Shown: positions 12,626-24,100 of the stretch, one piece after another | Numbering within the stretch: the first letter of the stretch is position 1 | Layout of the letters: every line of letters begins with the position of its first letter | NCBI GenBank assembly: GCA_051942205.1 | Contig: JAVECO010000065.1 | Location: forward strand, 62,001-112,309 | Source: Coniocarpon cinnabarinum | Taxonomy: Eukaryota | Direction: 5' to 3' | DNA length: 50,309 bases | Translations under genes and position numbers: made by a program | The notes under the pieces: model-generated | Databases searched by the model: none | Told to the model about the DNA's origin: nothing | The model's input: only the letters and a program-made list of their open reading frames with translations

Positions 12626-13450
12626 TTACGATGACGGAGACTCCTCACTACCAGGTCGTTCACGTGGGAACTTCTTCGTGGTCCTGAATACCTGTCCATC
12701 CTCTCCATGCACGACCTCTGGCTTGCCCTTGGGCATGCCTCGATTCTGGATAATTCGAACAGGCTTTGTGAGACCTCGGGTGACCCCCTGAGTGAGATAT
12801 ATTGGTGACTTGAGAACACGCACGCCCCAATTATGTGCTGCCTCTTTTCGCGCTTTGGGTCGATCGTTCTAATAAGACATCGGTCAAGCTCGAATGAGCA
12901 CACTGAAGTTTTCAAAGATGTGGGCACGTACGTTGATGATATCAGGCGCCACGCGTCTATACACTACTCGGTCTCTCTTCTTCGGTACCTGACGCTTCAA
13001 GGCGTCGTGTGCCTTCAAATCTTCCTGCCTCTGTGCAAGTCGTGCCTGCGCATCTCTCTCCCGCTGCTCCCTGCGCTCGCGGAAATACGCTTCGTCTGCT
13101 GCTGCAGACTCATGATAAGGGGGTGCTACTTTATCAGCTCTGTGGCGTTTCCAGCGCTCGACATAGCCATGAAGCCTAGTTGATGGCCTAGAATGAGAGC
13201 CCTGAGGTTCAGATAGGCCTTCAGTCGGGCCTTCATTCAGACCCCCAGTCACAGAAGCATAAGAGGGAAGCTGCTCGCTGTGTAGGTCACTCGCGGTGCG
13301 CACTTGCTGGCGATAAAGGTGGTAATTATGCGCAGGCGTCGCGTGAGAGGCTGACGATGACCTAGATGGCGCGAAGTGGGATGAGGATGAAGATGCGCGA
13401 GAGAAGTGTGAGGCATGAGTTGAATGGGCTGCCTGCGTTGTCTCACTCAT
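12626..13450 (-). CDS. Hypothetical 253-aa protein with a Ser/His-rich N-terminus, an LPSY motif and a coiled coil; 2 exons
   Basis: ORF 12884-13450 joins the frame of ORF 12626-12823 through a phase-0 intron at 12869-12931 (GTACGT..CTTGAC..TAG). Confidence 0.6.
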
Positions 13451-13941
13451 TGCTTGGTAAAGGCGCGCCTGCGTCGACTGCCAATCTTAATGATGCTTAA
13501 ACCAGCGAGGGATGTTGAAGAGTTGTTTCGCCCTGCTGTGTAGGTCTTTAAGTCTTCAGCAGGGCTAAGTGACGCCATGAGGCACAGATAGATGCCAATT
13601 GTTCTCAAAAGAAATACGCCGGGGCGTATAGGCTGGGGCAATAGGCCCCATTGATGCGCTAGGCTTGAGATCGCTGCATGGTCAGCGCGTTGCCGACGAA
13701 TTTTTGTTGTAGTCTTAGCCCCATGATTCAAGAAAGTATTAGATGCCGCGACTATAAGCAATCATCAGAGCAATGGCTCACGCAACCTCTGTTGCAAAGG
13801 AAAGCGGTATTATGGACTGTATTGGACAACACTGCAGGTCCATCAGCCCGTAGTGTGCTCATGTCAACATGCCGGAAAACGTACGGCGCATAGTCCCCAA
13901 GTATCGTCGGCGTATGGACGGCTTCCTGGTTACTTCGGATG

Positions 13942-14448
13942 CTAGTCAAGAGGTTCTCCTTGAAAAACGCCCTCCCATCGGTCGCTTTCAGCAGGGAATC
14001 CAACAGCTGGCCGACGATTGTTGCCCCAACGACCCTCTGCCAGCACCTCGCCCCAGACAACGTTGTCTTGGATTGTGATAGGAGCCAAGCTGCGTCGTCG
14101 CGGAACAAGGACATGCTCAGCATCCAGACCGAGAGCCGTGGCCAGGAGGGGGACTTGCGGACGCAGTCCCCTCCATGAAAGATACAACGCAGCGTTGGTT
14201 ATCCGGATTTGCGTGACGCGTTGCGCAACGCGCCGGCGAATGGCAGCAATGAGAATGCTAGGATGCCGCGCATCGAAGAGGCTTGCACTGGAATCGACCG
14301 GCTCCAGGTAGCGAAGTAGAGCGGGAATAACGCGACGCAGCTCGCGATTCCATTCTTCGCTGTGTTCGTTGCGAGCAAGATGCACCTCGAAATATATAGC
14401 ATATTCTCTGCGCGACGACTGAAGGTGTCGTGGTCGTATAGACCACAT
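13942..14448 (-). CDS. Orphan protein, tandem paralogue A (AIYFEVHL / WRGLRP family)
   Basis: Collinear similarity to the neighbouring ORF 14757-15212. The start at 14448 (MWSIRPR) is chosen by alignment; an upstream in-frame ATG exists at 14559. Confidence 0.7.
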   Translation of the reverse strand: MWSIRPRHLQSSRREYAIYFEVHLARNEHSEEWNRELRRVIPALLRYLEPVDSSASLFDARHPSILIAAIRRRVAQRVTQIRITNAALYLSWRGLRPQVPLLATALGLDAEHVLVPRRRSLAPITIQDNVVWGEVLAEGRWGNNRRPAVGFPAESDRWEGVFQGEPLD

Positions 14449-14756
14449 TGAGCGTACGGTGGAGGATGGCAATGACCAGACAGTCGGCAGTGAAGGCGCA
14501 CAGGTAATGGTGCACAGCACACGCCATCTGGGATGCTGCCAGGTAACGTACAATTTCATTTTTTCTTATATTTCGCGACCGAGGTTTTTAAAGTCATCTC
14601 GAAGAAGACAATATCAAACCTGAAAAACTTGCCCGATCTCAACGATGGCCTGCAGACTGTTTTTGCTGTGATTTGATAGAACTACAGTGTGAAACGGTAT
14701 GTGGCCATTACAAAGCCCCGAAATTGGCCAGGACTTCATCGGCCACAGCATCGAAT

Positions 14757-15212
14757 TTATGAGACCCCATCAAAAGGCCGATTGATATCTTCTGGGCCCT
14801 CAACGGTGCGGGGTCTCAGCTCGCGCGAGTGAGGCTTCAGCATACATCGTGCTTGTTTCCCCAGCAGAAAGCCAAAGCTTGGTGGGTAACGCGGACGAAG
14901 TCCTCTCCATGTCATAAAGTCCGAAGCTGCGAGCAAACTCGCCCTCCGAATGACTTGTCCTTGACGTATGGCAATAGCTCCAACTACCACGTGATCGGAA
15001 CGGACAGCAATGTGGTAGCCCTCAGGATGATGAGGATCGAGTGTCTCTAGGATATAGGGAATGAGTTGCCGGAGATGTTGGGCCCATTCCGTGCGATACT
15101 GCGTCTGCAAAGAGCTCAGGTGGACCTCAAAATAGATAGCGAAACCGTTACGGGTGAATGCGATGTTTCTAGGACGAATGTGGATCGGGGTACGTCTCGA
15201 CAGGTTTACCAT
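14757..15212 (-). CDS. Orphan protein, tandem paralogue B (AIYFEVHL / WRGLRP family)
   Basis: Intronless 151-aa ORF with an ACCATG start; shares IRPR, AIYFEVHL, EW..LR..IP and WRGLRP with paralogue A. Confidence 0.7.
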   Translation of the reverse strand: MVNLSRRTPIHIRPRNIAFTRNGFAIYFEVHLSSLQTQYRTEWAQHLRQLIPYILETLDPHHPEGYHIAVRSDHVVVGAIAIRQGQVIRRASLLAASDFMTWRGLRPRYPPSFGFLLGKQARCMLKPHSRELRPRTVEGPEDINRPFDGVS

Positions 15213-15681
15213 GTTGTGAAGGAAATGCTATGACTGCCTTCGGACGTTTGTGTAACTTGCAGCAGAGTACATATACCGATATTCGTCACTGACGCCACGT
15301 TTCTGACGCAGGTTTCCTGGTGTGAGCCAACGCCTCGGGTGATTCGTGTGTTTCGGGCAAGTATTCGAAAGTTAGAGCATGACCAGAGAGGCAGTTAGAA
15401 GCTGTGGATGGCAATATTGTTTGAACTGCTTGCAAAGTTCAGCTGTGGCTGAGCTTTTCTCTTGAGTAGCAGCTACATTGGACGTTGCGAGTGACATCCA
15501 ATGTGTGCCTGGCTAAGTAATCGGGAGGCACTGCAAGGACTTGCTCGTGAACGTTGACGCTAGCTGCGTAGTAATGCAGGCTGAGCAGCCTGCACTGGCG
15601 ATCGACAAGCCTGTCTTTCTCAGATTTATATACGCCATAACGAGGGCATTTAGTTGCGAATGTGAGCCAAATTTCTGTGAT

Positions 15682-16104
15682 TCACGGCCTCTCTTTCATC
15701 ATCGTATCGACCTCCTTTCCCAGTCCCTCAATTTGTTTCATTTCACGAGAAAGCGCATCGCCAAAGGCTCTGAAGCCATCTTGACGACCCTTCAATGCCT
15801 GATTACCTCTTTGCACCATCTCCACGAATTCTCGCGTGTAGATCTCAGGGTTGCGTCCATTCTCAACATACTCCAGCAACTCCATAGGGACCTCAGTGTT
15901 AAGAGCAGCCGACTGAGTGGAGAATGCTTGAAGTGATTGGATGAGGCGCATCAGAGAAGTCTGAAGCGTGCTAGGGGAGGTAGCATGGTGGTGGGCTTGG
16001 ATCTGAAGGGCGTGTAGGTGGTGTAGGAGGTTGCGAAGTGTAGGCTCGAGATTGTGAGGAATTGCGGGTTGAATTGAAGACGTCGACGGAGCTGCAGAAG
16101 GCAT
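15682..16104 (-). CDS. MED10: Mediator of RNA polymerase II transcription subunit 10 (Med10/Nut2)
   Basis: Signature VPMELLEYVENGRNPEIYTREFVE...NQALKGR; intronless, 140 aa. Confidence 0.93.
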   Translation of the reverse strand: MPSAAPSTSSIQPAIPHNLEPTLRNLLHHLHALQIQAHHHATSPSTLQTSLMRLIQSLQAFSTQSAALNTEVPMELLEYVENGRNPEIYTREFVEMVQRGNQALKGRQDGFRAFGDALSREMKQIEGLGKEVDTMMKERP

Positions 16105-16336
16105 GCTGGAGCTTCAGCTCGATATGAGCGGAGTGCTCAGCGTCAAAAGTGCAAAACGCTCAGGTCTGAATTAGTGTGACAAGTACGTCTTGGAGAATAA
16201 GCCGGGGCTAGTGAGGTGAATGGAGCACGTGATTGAGCCGAGGTTCAACCGCGGGCCTTCTACTACCTCGCTGTAGATAATCACAATCCACTTCTGTAGA
16301 TCGGCTTATTCGAATGTGCATTTTGCTCGTATCAAT

Positions 16337-17252
16337 ATGATGTCGCATCTGGACCACCCGCAACATCTGCAGCCGTCCGAGCTGGGCACCAAATCACAGT
16401 GCGTTTTAAAGCGCAGACTCCGCAACTCTCGATGATTTCTCTACTCGAGCAGAGGTCTGACCGACTCAAAGCTGGGACTATGTCTATACTTCCGAGCTCG
16501 AAAACCATGCGTCCGACTCAACAGATGAGGGCACGGTTTGGTTCGAAGAAAGCGGTGCTGAGGAGCGAGTAATTGCTTACCTAGCTGATCTTCCGCTCCC
16601 AAGTCACGCTAGACCGTCTGATCAGAGGGAAGAGTTCAACAATGTGCCTAATGAGGCCAGAGTAGACCTACGCATCCTTGATGTTGGAACTGGGAATGGA
16701 CATATGCTGTTTGCGCTTCGAGAAGAAGGCTGGAAAGCCCAATTAGTAGGCGTCGACTACGCTGCGGCGAGCGTAAGGCTGGCAAGGCAAATCGCCAGCA
16801 CACGGGAAAGAGAGTCTAGCGAGCACAGGCATAGCGAGGACATTGTAGAGGATGAGGGTTTGAGGTTTGATCAGTGTGACATATTGGGCACGCCCAGCGA
16901 CGAAAATGTGAAAGATGGCTTCGACGTTGTACTGGACAAAGGCACATTTGACGCCATATCCTTGACAGACGAGCTTGTGGACGAGACAGGACAGACAGGA
17001 TCAGATGTCTACGCAGAACGAATCTCGAAGTACATGAGGGAGGACGCGTTTTTGATCGTTGTGAGCTGCAACTGGACAAATGAAGAACTCGTGCGGTGGT
17101 TCACTGGCGCAAGTACAAAGGACGCAAATTTGAAGGTGTACGGGACAGTGCATTTCCCAACCTTCGAGTTTGGAGGACTGAAAGGCCAAGCTGTGAGCTG
17201 TGTTTGTTTTCAAAAGAAACAAAGATCATGCATGACACACTGCGCCATGTGA
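16337..17252 (+). CDS. EFM4: Protein-lysine N-methyltransferase Efm4/See1 (EEF1AKMT2/METTL10 family); 2 exons
   Basis: LQPSELGTKSHWD..Y..ELEN..DEGTVWF (intron 16399-16471), motif I ILDVGTGNGHML, FDVVLDKGTFDAISL, SCNWT.EEL, and C-terminal FPTFEFGG.KGQ. Confidence 0.92.
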
Positions 17253-17331
17253 GGAACTGGAAATGAATAACATATGTATACAAGTATTATACATATTAAA
17301 CTAATCTTTGCAGTGGAACTTGTACGAGGCT

Positions 17332-20019
17332 CTAGGCTTCAGCTTGGGCCAGGAAGCCTTCCGTTTCGCTCATTTCCAACGCATCCTGCGCCTCCAATGG
17401 ATTGTCCAGCGTTTGGGGAGCAGCAGCATCACTTGCGCCCACGGATTTCATAGCCATCCTTCCCAGGCCTTTGTTGAGCCCGACTAAGATTGTATTGATG
17501 CTAGAAAGAAAAGCCTCACGCTTGTCCTCGGGCATTGTGCGCTCGCGAAAAGGCGAGACGTATTGGACTTCCAGCCTCTCTTTTGCCGACACGCCTGATT
17601 CCTCGCCAGCACTGATCCTCTTGTAAACGAGTTGGGGACCAAATCCATCTTCATCAACTGATACACCACTTGACTCTGGTAACGACCACCGGATTTCTTG
17701 CACAAACTCGATTGACTGTGTGAACATCCTGCGATCGAACATTTTCATGCCAGCATAACGTGTGGGATGATCGGTAAGTGAGACTGGCTTCGACTCCTTC
17801 CTCCAGTAAGGAACCCACACAACCGGATCAGCCGGAGCAGTCACACGTCCGTATCCAGCACCGCTAGTCTCGATGGCGCGTATGAAGTCTTTCATCTCCC
17901 GACCCATTCGTTTCGTCTCCCGTCCTGGGGGTAGAGCAAAGCGCAGCGAGCGCTGGTGCGTAAGCTGCAAGTCTGTGGCGAGACCCGGACACAAAACGTT
18001 CGTCGCGCTGACGACAGGCGAATCAAGCAGCAACCTAGTTTCCTTGTGCCTCAAAAGACGTTCTTGCGGATGTGGTTGAAATGTGAGGTGCAGGATGGGC
18101 GAAAACTGGTCGTTGCTCAGAGCTTGAAAAGTGAGTGGGTGCTGTACTAATGTGACCTGGAGTTCACTAGTACTCGAAAGCGGCTGCTTGCTGACAACAT
18201 CGGACAGATTATTGAATAGATGAACGAGGCCAGGCGAGCTCGGGTCAAAGTAAGCATCCTTCCTTCGGTCGTTCAATGTATCGATCGTGCTTTGATTCGG
18301 CACCGCTGATAGTGGCAAGTCTGGTGGTAGCCAACGAACTTGCCCAAAGCTTGCAGAATGTACGCTGAGGCCGTTACACTCTTCCGGCTTCAGCACGGAA
18401 CCTGGATCGAAACCTTTCTGAAGAGCGTTGGCAGCCTCATTCAGATTGCTTTTGTCAAGCACATTGTAGTCAGGCCTGAGCATAGTCGGCGTGTCCCCTC
18501 GTGCCAGGCGAAAAGGCGTGACGTAGCGACTTGAGCCAACATTAGATCCGTTTCCCAGTCTATCTTGCAGTGAACCCGCAAGTGTGAGCCTTTGCGGACA
18601 CTCAGGCTCTTCAGATTTCTCCACATTGAAAAGAAATTGCCATTGGCCAGTACGACCACCCGCAGCGCGAACAATGGCCCTAACGCATGCCCTCGCTCGC
18701 TCATAATCAAAGGTATGCAACGTCCAGGTTTTGTAGTCGTCTTTATTAGCAAATGCTTTTTTACGACGTCTTTGCTGCTTAATATTTACTTCATCCTCAG
18801 TCAGTCGGCATTGGAATTGTTTAGCGATGCGGTACGCGTCAGCAATGCGAAGACTCCCGTTGAAGCCTCTGCCACCCTTTTCGGACGTCATAAGCAGCTG
18901 AAGATGAAGTTTGATGCCAATATAATTCGCAAGATACTCACGAACGCTGTTTGTTGCAGCTGTGCAGGCGTACTTGTCGCCCACGATGATCAGCGCATGA
19001 CTATCCATGTCCATACTAATGGAAACGTTATTTTGCTGACTCAGATTTTGGAGCAGTGATTTTGGGGAGCTGCGATCTGAAATGATAGCCAGCCTATTCC
19101 TTTCGATGTCCAGAGCCATGACACCAGATCGATAGACTTCCTCAATGACTTCAATACCCCATACTCGCCGCAACAAATCATCAATTACACCTTGTTTGCC
19201 CTTGAAGGTTGGTCGTCGCTTGGCGTAGGGAAGTGGTAATGAATTATGATCTGTTGGCACCCACGGCCACTTTTCTCTTATGTGAGCTGAATTGCTCATT
19301 TTCTTCTTATCAACCTTGGTAGATTCCTTTCTCTTACGTTTGGTCGCTGCCTTTACAGCGCGAAATTCGTCTCGTGCTTGAATAGCTTGCGACCCGGCGC
19401 CAATTGTCACGTAACGACTCAACTGCAGTTGGTTGAACTTCTCATTCAGGCTGCGCATAAGGTCATCAAAGGTCTCTTGGGATATGAGAAAAGGTCCATC
19501 TGGCTCCCGCCCCGACCGAGCTGGCTTCAATTCGTCGATGGCATCGTTAACCTCTGCTTGTCCTGGTGCTCGTTTGGATGACTGGATGGATTCCATCAAT
19601 TGGGCGGGACTGACGCCTTGCGGGTGGAATTTCGTGGCAACTTCCTGTGCATCGAGTTTGACCTGGCCACCCTCTGCATCTCGGAGCACTAGTACTGATG
19701 TGGGCTCCCCAAGCGATTTGCTCTTTAGAAGTGCTTTCCATGCTACGGGTCGGATAGGTTGATGGATCGCAGATCGCGCGAGCGGTTTCGGACCTGCAGC
19801 AATGGCTGCTGGCCCTTGTGACTGCGTGTCATGGGCATCGCGAGGCTGTGTCTGTTTTGCGGCGCCTGAGCGTTTGTATTTCTTCAATTGTTCTTCATTT
19901 AAGCCTGGTTGCGACGCACTGAAGTCGCGACGGAGCACTGCGTCGCCAAGCCATGATCGCCAGTTTCTAATGTTGCGAGATAGGCATTGCCAGCAGACGC
20001 CACTTCCACCTCGCAGCAT
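17332..20019 (-). CDS. Sls1-like mitochondrial inner-membrane-associated translation regulator
   Basis: About 895-aa intronless ORF with a presequence-like start (MLRGGSGVCWQCLSR..RRDFSAS) and motifs SLGEPTSVLVLRD, FNQLQLSRY and IDDLLRRVWGIEV resembling filamentous-fungal Sls1 homologues. Confidence 0.7.
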   Translation of the reverse strand: MLRGGSGVCWQCLSRNIRNWRSWLGDAVLRRDFSASQPGLNEEQLKKYKRSGAAKQTQPRDAHDTQSQGPAAIAAGPKPLARSAIHQPIRPVAWKALLKSKSLGEPTSVLVLRDAEGGQVKLDAQEVATKFHPQGVSPAQLMESIQSSKRAPGQAEVNDAIDELKPARSGREPDGPFLISQETFDDLMRSLNEKFNQLQLSRYVTIGAGSQAIQARDEFRAVKAATKRKRKESTKVDKKKMSNSAHIREKWPWVPTDHNSLPLPYAKRRPTFKGKQGVIDDLLRRVWGIEVIEEVYRSGVMALDIERNRLAIISDRSSPKSLLQNLSQQNNVSISMDMDSHALIIVGDKYACTAATNSVREYLANYIGIKLHLQLLMTSEKGGRGFNGSLRIADAYRIAKQFQCRLTEDEVNIKQQRRRKKAFANKDDYKTWTLHTFDYERARACVRAIVRAAGGRTGQWQFLFNVEKSEEPECPQRLTLAGSLQDRLGNGSNVGSSRYVTPFRLARGDTPTMLRPDYNVLDKSNLNEAANALQKGFDPGSVLKPEECNGLSVHSASFGQVRWLPPDLPLSAVPNQSTIDTLNDRRKDAYFDPSSPGLVHLFNNLSDVVSKQPLSSTSELQVTLVQHPLTFQALSNDQFSPILHLTFQPHPQERLLRHKETRLLLDSPVVSATNVLCPGLATDLQLTHQRSLRFALPPGRETKRMGREMKDFIRAIETSGAGYGRVTAPADPVVWVPYWRKESKPVSLTDHPTRYAGMKMFDRRMFTQSIEFVQEIRWSLPESSGVSVDEDGFGPQLVYKRISAGEESGVSAKERLEVQYVSPFRERTMPEDKREAFLSSINTILVGLNKGLGRMAMKSVGASDAAAPQTLDNPLEAQDALEMSETEGFLAQAEA

Positions 20020-20246
20020 CCAGAGGATTACAGGAGTGGCAAGATCAGCGAACACTTGCAGGACCTAGGCAAGCTGGGACAGGATGATTCTGACATTTTT
20101 CGCCACGCCAGTCACACCCTGCCAAGAAACTTCGTAAACACAATGCGACGGAAAAGCAAGGAGCTTACTTAGCACACTGCAGAACAGAGATTCGGAGCGG
20201 GAAATACTGATGCTGGCTGTGCGCGATTCCCAGTATCTGTCCAAGC

Positions 20247-21123
20247 ATGCTGACTGACAATGTTCATGTTTATCACGATGAGGACTTAGGAGTCGACTCT
20301 TCCTTCTCAGATTCCCTAGCATCCATATTTCGCGACGACACCGAATGCCAACACGGAACAGACGGCGTTACAATACGCTACGATTACCTGCGTTTTGGTG
20401 CAATAGAGCTATCGATTCCATCAATGGAGAAGGAGGATCGCAAGCTTTTTGCACACTATCTGTGGAACGCGGAGCTGCACGTGGCAAGCCACATATTATC
20501 TGCAAAAGCTGGAAGCCCTTGGGATGTCCGTGGACGGCGTGTTCTGGAGCTGGGCGCCGGTGAATAAGTGTCCGCTCGTACGCGAAGAGAAGGCTATAAA
20601 TTGACACACGGTAGGTTTAGGTCTTGGTGGCATCGTGTGCGCGCTTGCTGGTGCTGCTGGAGTGGCAATTTCCGACTATCCCTCGCCTGATTTGCTCGCA
20701 AACCTGCAGAAGAACGTGGACAAGAACCTTTGCGACAGGGATACCTGTTCTCCCGTTGTACAAGGTCACGCGTGGGGTGAACTTACCGACCAGTTGGCGC
20801 TCCAAGAAGCTCACCGGTTCGATCGAATACTAGTGGCAGACTGCTTATGGATGCCGGAGCAACACCAAAATCTAGCCCGATCTATTAGACATTTCCTTTC
20901 CCATGCATCCCTTGCATCCGCGCTTGTTGTTGCTGGCTTCCATTCTGGTCGAGACCGTATGGCACCGTTCTTCGGGATTTTAGAAGACGAAGGCTTGCGA
21001 TTACAAGCGATACATGAAGCCGACGTTGAAGGTAACACACGGGCATGGCAGCCAGATCGAGGCGAAGAAAATGTCTTTGAGCGGAAGCGCTGGCTGGCTG
21101 TCGCGGTACTCGTATCAAAATAG
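20247..21123 (+). CDS. Methyltransf_16-family SAM-dependent methyltransferase, Efm7/Nnt1-like; 2 exons
   Basis: LFAHYLWNA, motif I VLELGAGLGLGGI (split by intron 20560-20614), ISDYPSP, GHAWG, FDRILVADCLW. It lacks the LVG..PLWGH segment I associate with true Efm7 orthologues, so it may be a paralogue. Confidence 0.8.
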
Positions 21124-21158
21124 TGGACATGCACACCTATCATGCACACCATGCACAC

Positions 21159-24100
21159 CTACGTGCCACTCTTCGGCGCTGTCGTGCCTCCAAATAATGT
21201 CTCTGCAGACCCGATGCCTGTAGCCATGATGACAAACATTGTACCGGCAATGGTAAAACCACCTTGTACATCTTGTTTGCAGACAGTCCAAGTGATGCCC
21301 AGTGCGATACTCGCTACTGCGCACAAGAATAACACCGCACAAACACGTTCTCTGTCCACGTCTTCGATGTACTGAATTCCCCAGCCATTGCAATGCCCGC
21401 TGACGGGAGAAGCCTGAAGCTTCTCCCTCAACTTCTTCGGTACCCACTTGAAGAGTACCTGATCTGGTTCAGCTTGAACCGGGTGCTCCATCAGATGCAG
21501 TAAGAGCTCTGGTCCAATAGGAGGGGTCCAGTTGACGGGCTCGTAATGATATTCGTCCAGATACGGCGGTGGAATATCGTCAATTTTTTGAACCTGCGCG
21601 AGACCCGACCGCAGCATGTCAAATTTAACGAAACGCATTGACACAAGCGATTTCCAAGATAGTCTGCTTCGTAGAGCGCCACGTGCAGCGCGGTACTGAT
21701 TGGAAAGCGCCTCGAAGAAGCCTCGATCTGATAGGATCCAATCCGAGCAGGGTTGATCTACTCGACATGCTCGCTTCGCATGAGGAACAACTAATACTAA
21801 ATGGTTATTAGAGGAACCAGGCCGTTGAAAGGGTTGGCGTGCCGCTTGCGCGGAGTTGCTTTGCCCATGATGTTGCGGCAAAGGACTTGAGCCTGGGTTT
21901 GCCGGGTTATAGACGAAGGATATCACGTAGTTAATGAACATTGTCACATGGCCATACTGACTGGTATCCTGCCGCGACATCCCATCGTTGTACGTAACAG
22001 GGACTGAAGAAGCTCGCCGTCGTTCCATACGGCGAAGGCATAAGCGTAGTTCGTTCAAACCCCCTTCATTGAGTTCAGTATAGTCGTCAGCCACCCGGCG
22101 ACCGCAAGCCTTGTTGTCCAGTTAGCAATGTCCGATGAGGCCGTGAACTCTACTCACGCAATGGAAAATCACCCGCTCTTTGTTCGGATCTGGAGCTGTT
22201 TTTTTGATGTCGTCAATAAAGTTTCGCGCATGCGACATTGCCAGCGTAATGAGACTATGATCTCGCATTTTAGGCCGGCATTGCTCTATCATGTAGTGTT
22301 CGTTCAGCTTCAGTCCCTCGATAGACGTCTCCAACTCCGCCGTATTTTCCCACGTGTGAAACGTTGAAGCTTCTTTGAAGCTTTCACAGTTGTCATGCGG
22401 GTGGATGTAGCAAAGGTGGGCAACGAAACTTTTGGAATCAGGCCAGATTATATACTCAGCAGACGTACATGACTGGGTGTTACACATGTAGACGACATCA
22501 GTAAGTTTGTGATCCCGCTTCTGATGAGCAATGAGCGTCTGTCGGTCTGTAAAGTGCGATTTGCTTTCAGAGCAAGGTGCGAGGAGACAAATCCACTGAT
22601 TTTCTATCTTGCAATGATGCAGCGTCCCAGAAACAGAAAGATCGAGTTGAGTATTGCAGCTGGAGCAAACATCGAGACGACTCGAGTGTTCTTTCTGTCT
22701 TCTGTCAACATATATCTCAAGCTTGTCCAAAGAATCACACAGAGCATCAGGCGACATAACAAAATTCTGTACCTGCTCGAATGGCAGGTACCGGAGGTCA
22801 TCCTCTAAGCCACCTTTCTCAATCAGGTTCTCATCTGTTCCGGCGACTTCATGAACACTTTTTACACAGTCTTGGGCGAGCTCGTCGGACATGGATTGAG
22901 AATAGTTTATGGCTTTGTTCCCGTCCAGGATCCGATGAGTGCTCGCTTCATGGTCTTGAAGCCTCTTCACATGGGTTCGGAAGAAAATGGCAGTCAAGCG
23001 CTGCGCTGCTAGCGATACTCGAGCTGCAAAATATCGAACAACTCGATCTTCAAGTGCATCCGCAGCAATATGCCGCAGCTGGCGTGCGTGAAATTGGAGC
23101 ATTTTGTTGAGGAGTTGTTCAAACCGTGCAGCTTGCGTGATGCTCACAAGGGCTCTACATAGATTAGAAAAGCGTTCATGATCTGCAAATGCATTCAAAC
23201 ACGCGTCGAATAGCTCGACATGCCCGAATGAGGCGGCAGAAGTCTGGCTTGAAGCAATTGACGGCTGAGAGAATATACTCTGAAGTGATGCGGTTTCCGA
23301 TCGAATATCGTCATCTGGGTCTTCGATTGTAGCTTCGATTGTAGCTTCTGAGGGAACATGCTGTATTTCCTCTCGAGTCAAAGTTTCTGGGACATTCGGA
23401 AATGATGATCCTTGTGTTTTGCCGAGATTGTGCGATGACAAGGCCCGGTAGGCTTGCAGCAGCGATACGTAGCATTCGTCATGCCAGTAAACGTCTCCTG
23501 TCATATCGAGGTTCTTGGGGTGGGCGAGCTCTTCGAATCGCTTGGCGCAGGCAAAGCGGAGGTTCGACAACACCCCAGAAAAAGGAAACTGTCTCTCAAC
23601 AGTATTCAACTTTGTAATAGCTTCATTATAGCGTGACTTTGTATCGTTGTGCCGTTGATCATCATCCTGATAAATGGCATCGCGAGCTCTTTCCAAAGCT
23701 TGCCTTACTTCGGCGTCAGTCAGCCTCCAAAGGCTTGGGTCGTCATCGAAAGGACTCTTGCTGGTGATAAGGAGTTCCTCGGGCCGCCCATCAAATGGTA
23801 TAACAGCGGATTGGGCTGGATGCGCAAATGGCCGCGTTAGGAGCGTCTTTGCAAGGGTACTGCTAGTATGGGGTGGGTGTATCGAGGAGCCATCGGCTGT
23901 AAAAATGTAGTTCTGCGGCGGCGAAAATACAGCTTCGGTATCATGAGCAATGTGCTCAAAATGTGGTATTCCCGTGTCACGATCCTCCGCTAGTAAAGCA
24001 TCATGCTCCTTCGGCGCCGTAAAATTTGGTGGGCTCTCTGAAGATAGTGCTCCGCTCAAGAAACCCATGCTTTGCGAGCGATCATGACTACTGTCAGCAT

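Noticed and set aside
13447..13761. ORF whose stop overlaps the next ATG (ATGA), resembling prokaryotic or viral translational coupling
   Set aside because: The upstream ORF has no ATG at its annotated start and no support, and the downstream gene has a spliceosomal intron.
23321..23348. 12-bp tandem duplication encoding EATI-EATI
   Set aside because: In-frame slippage in a low-complexity linker; real but unremarkable.
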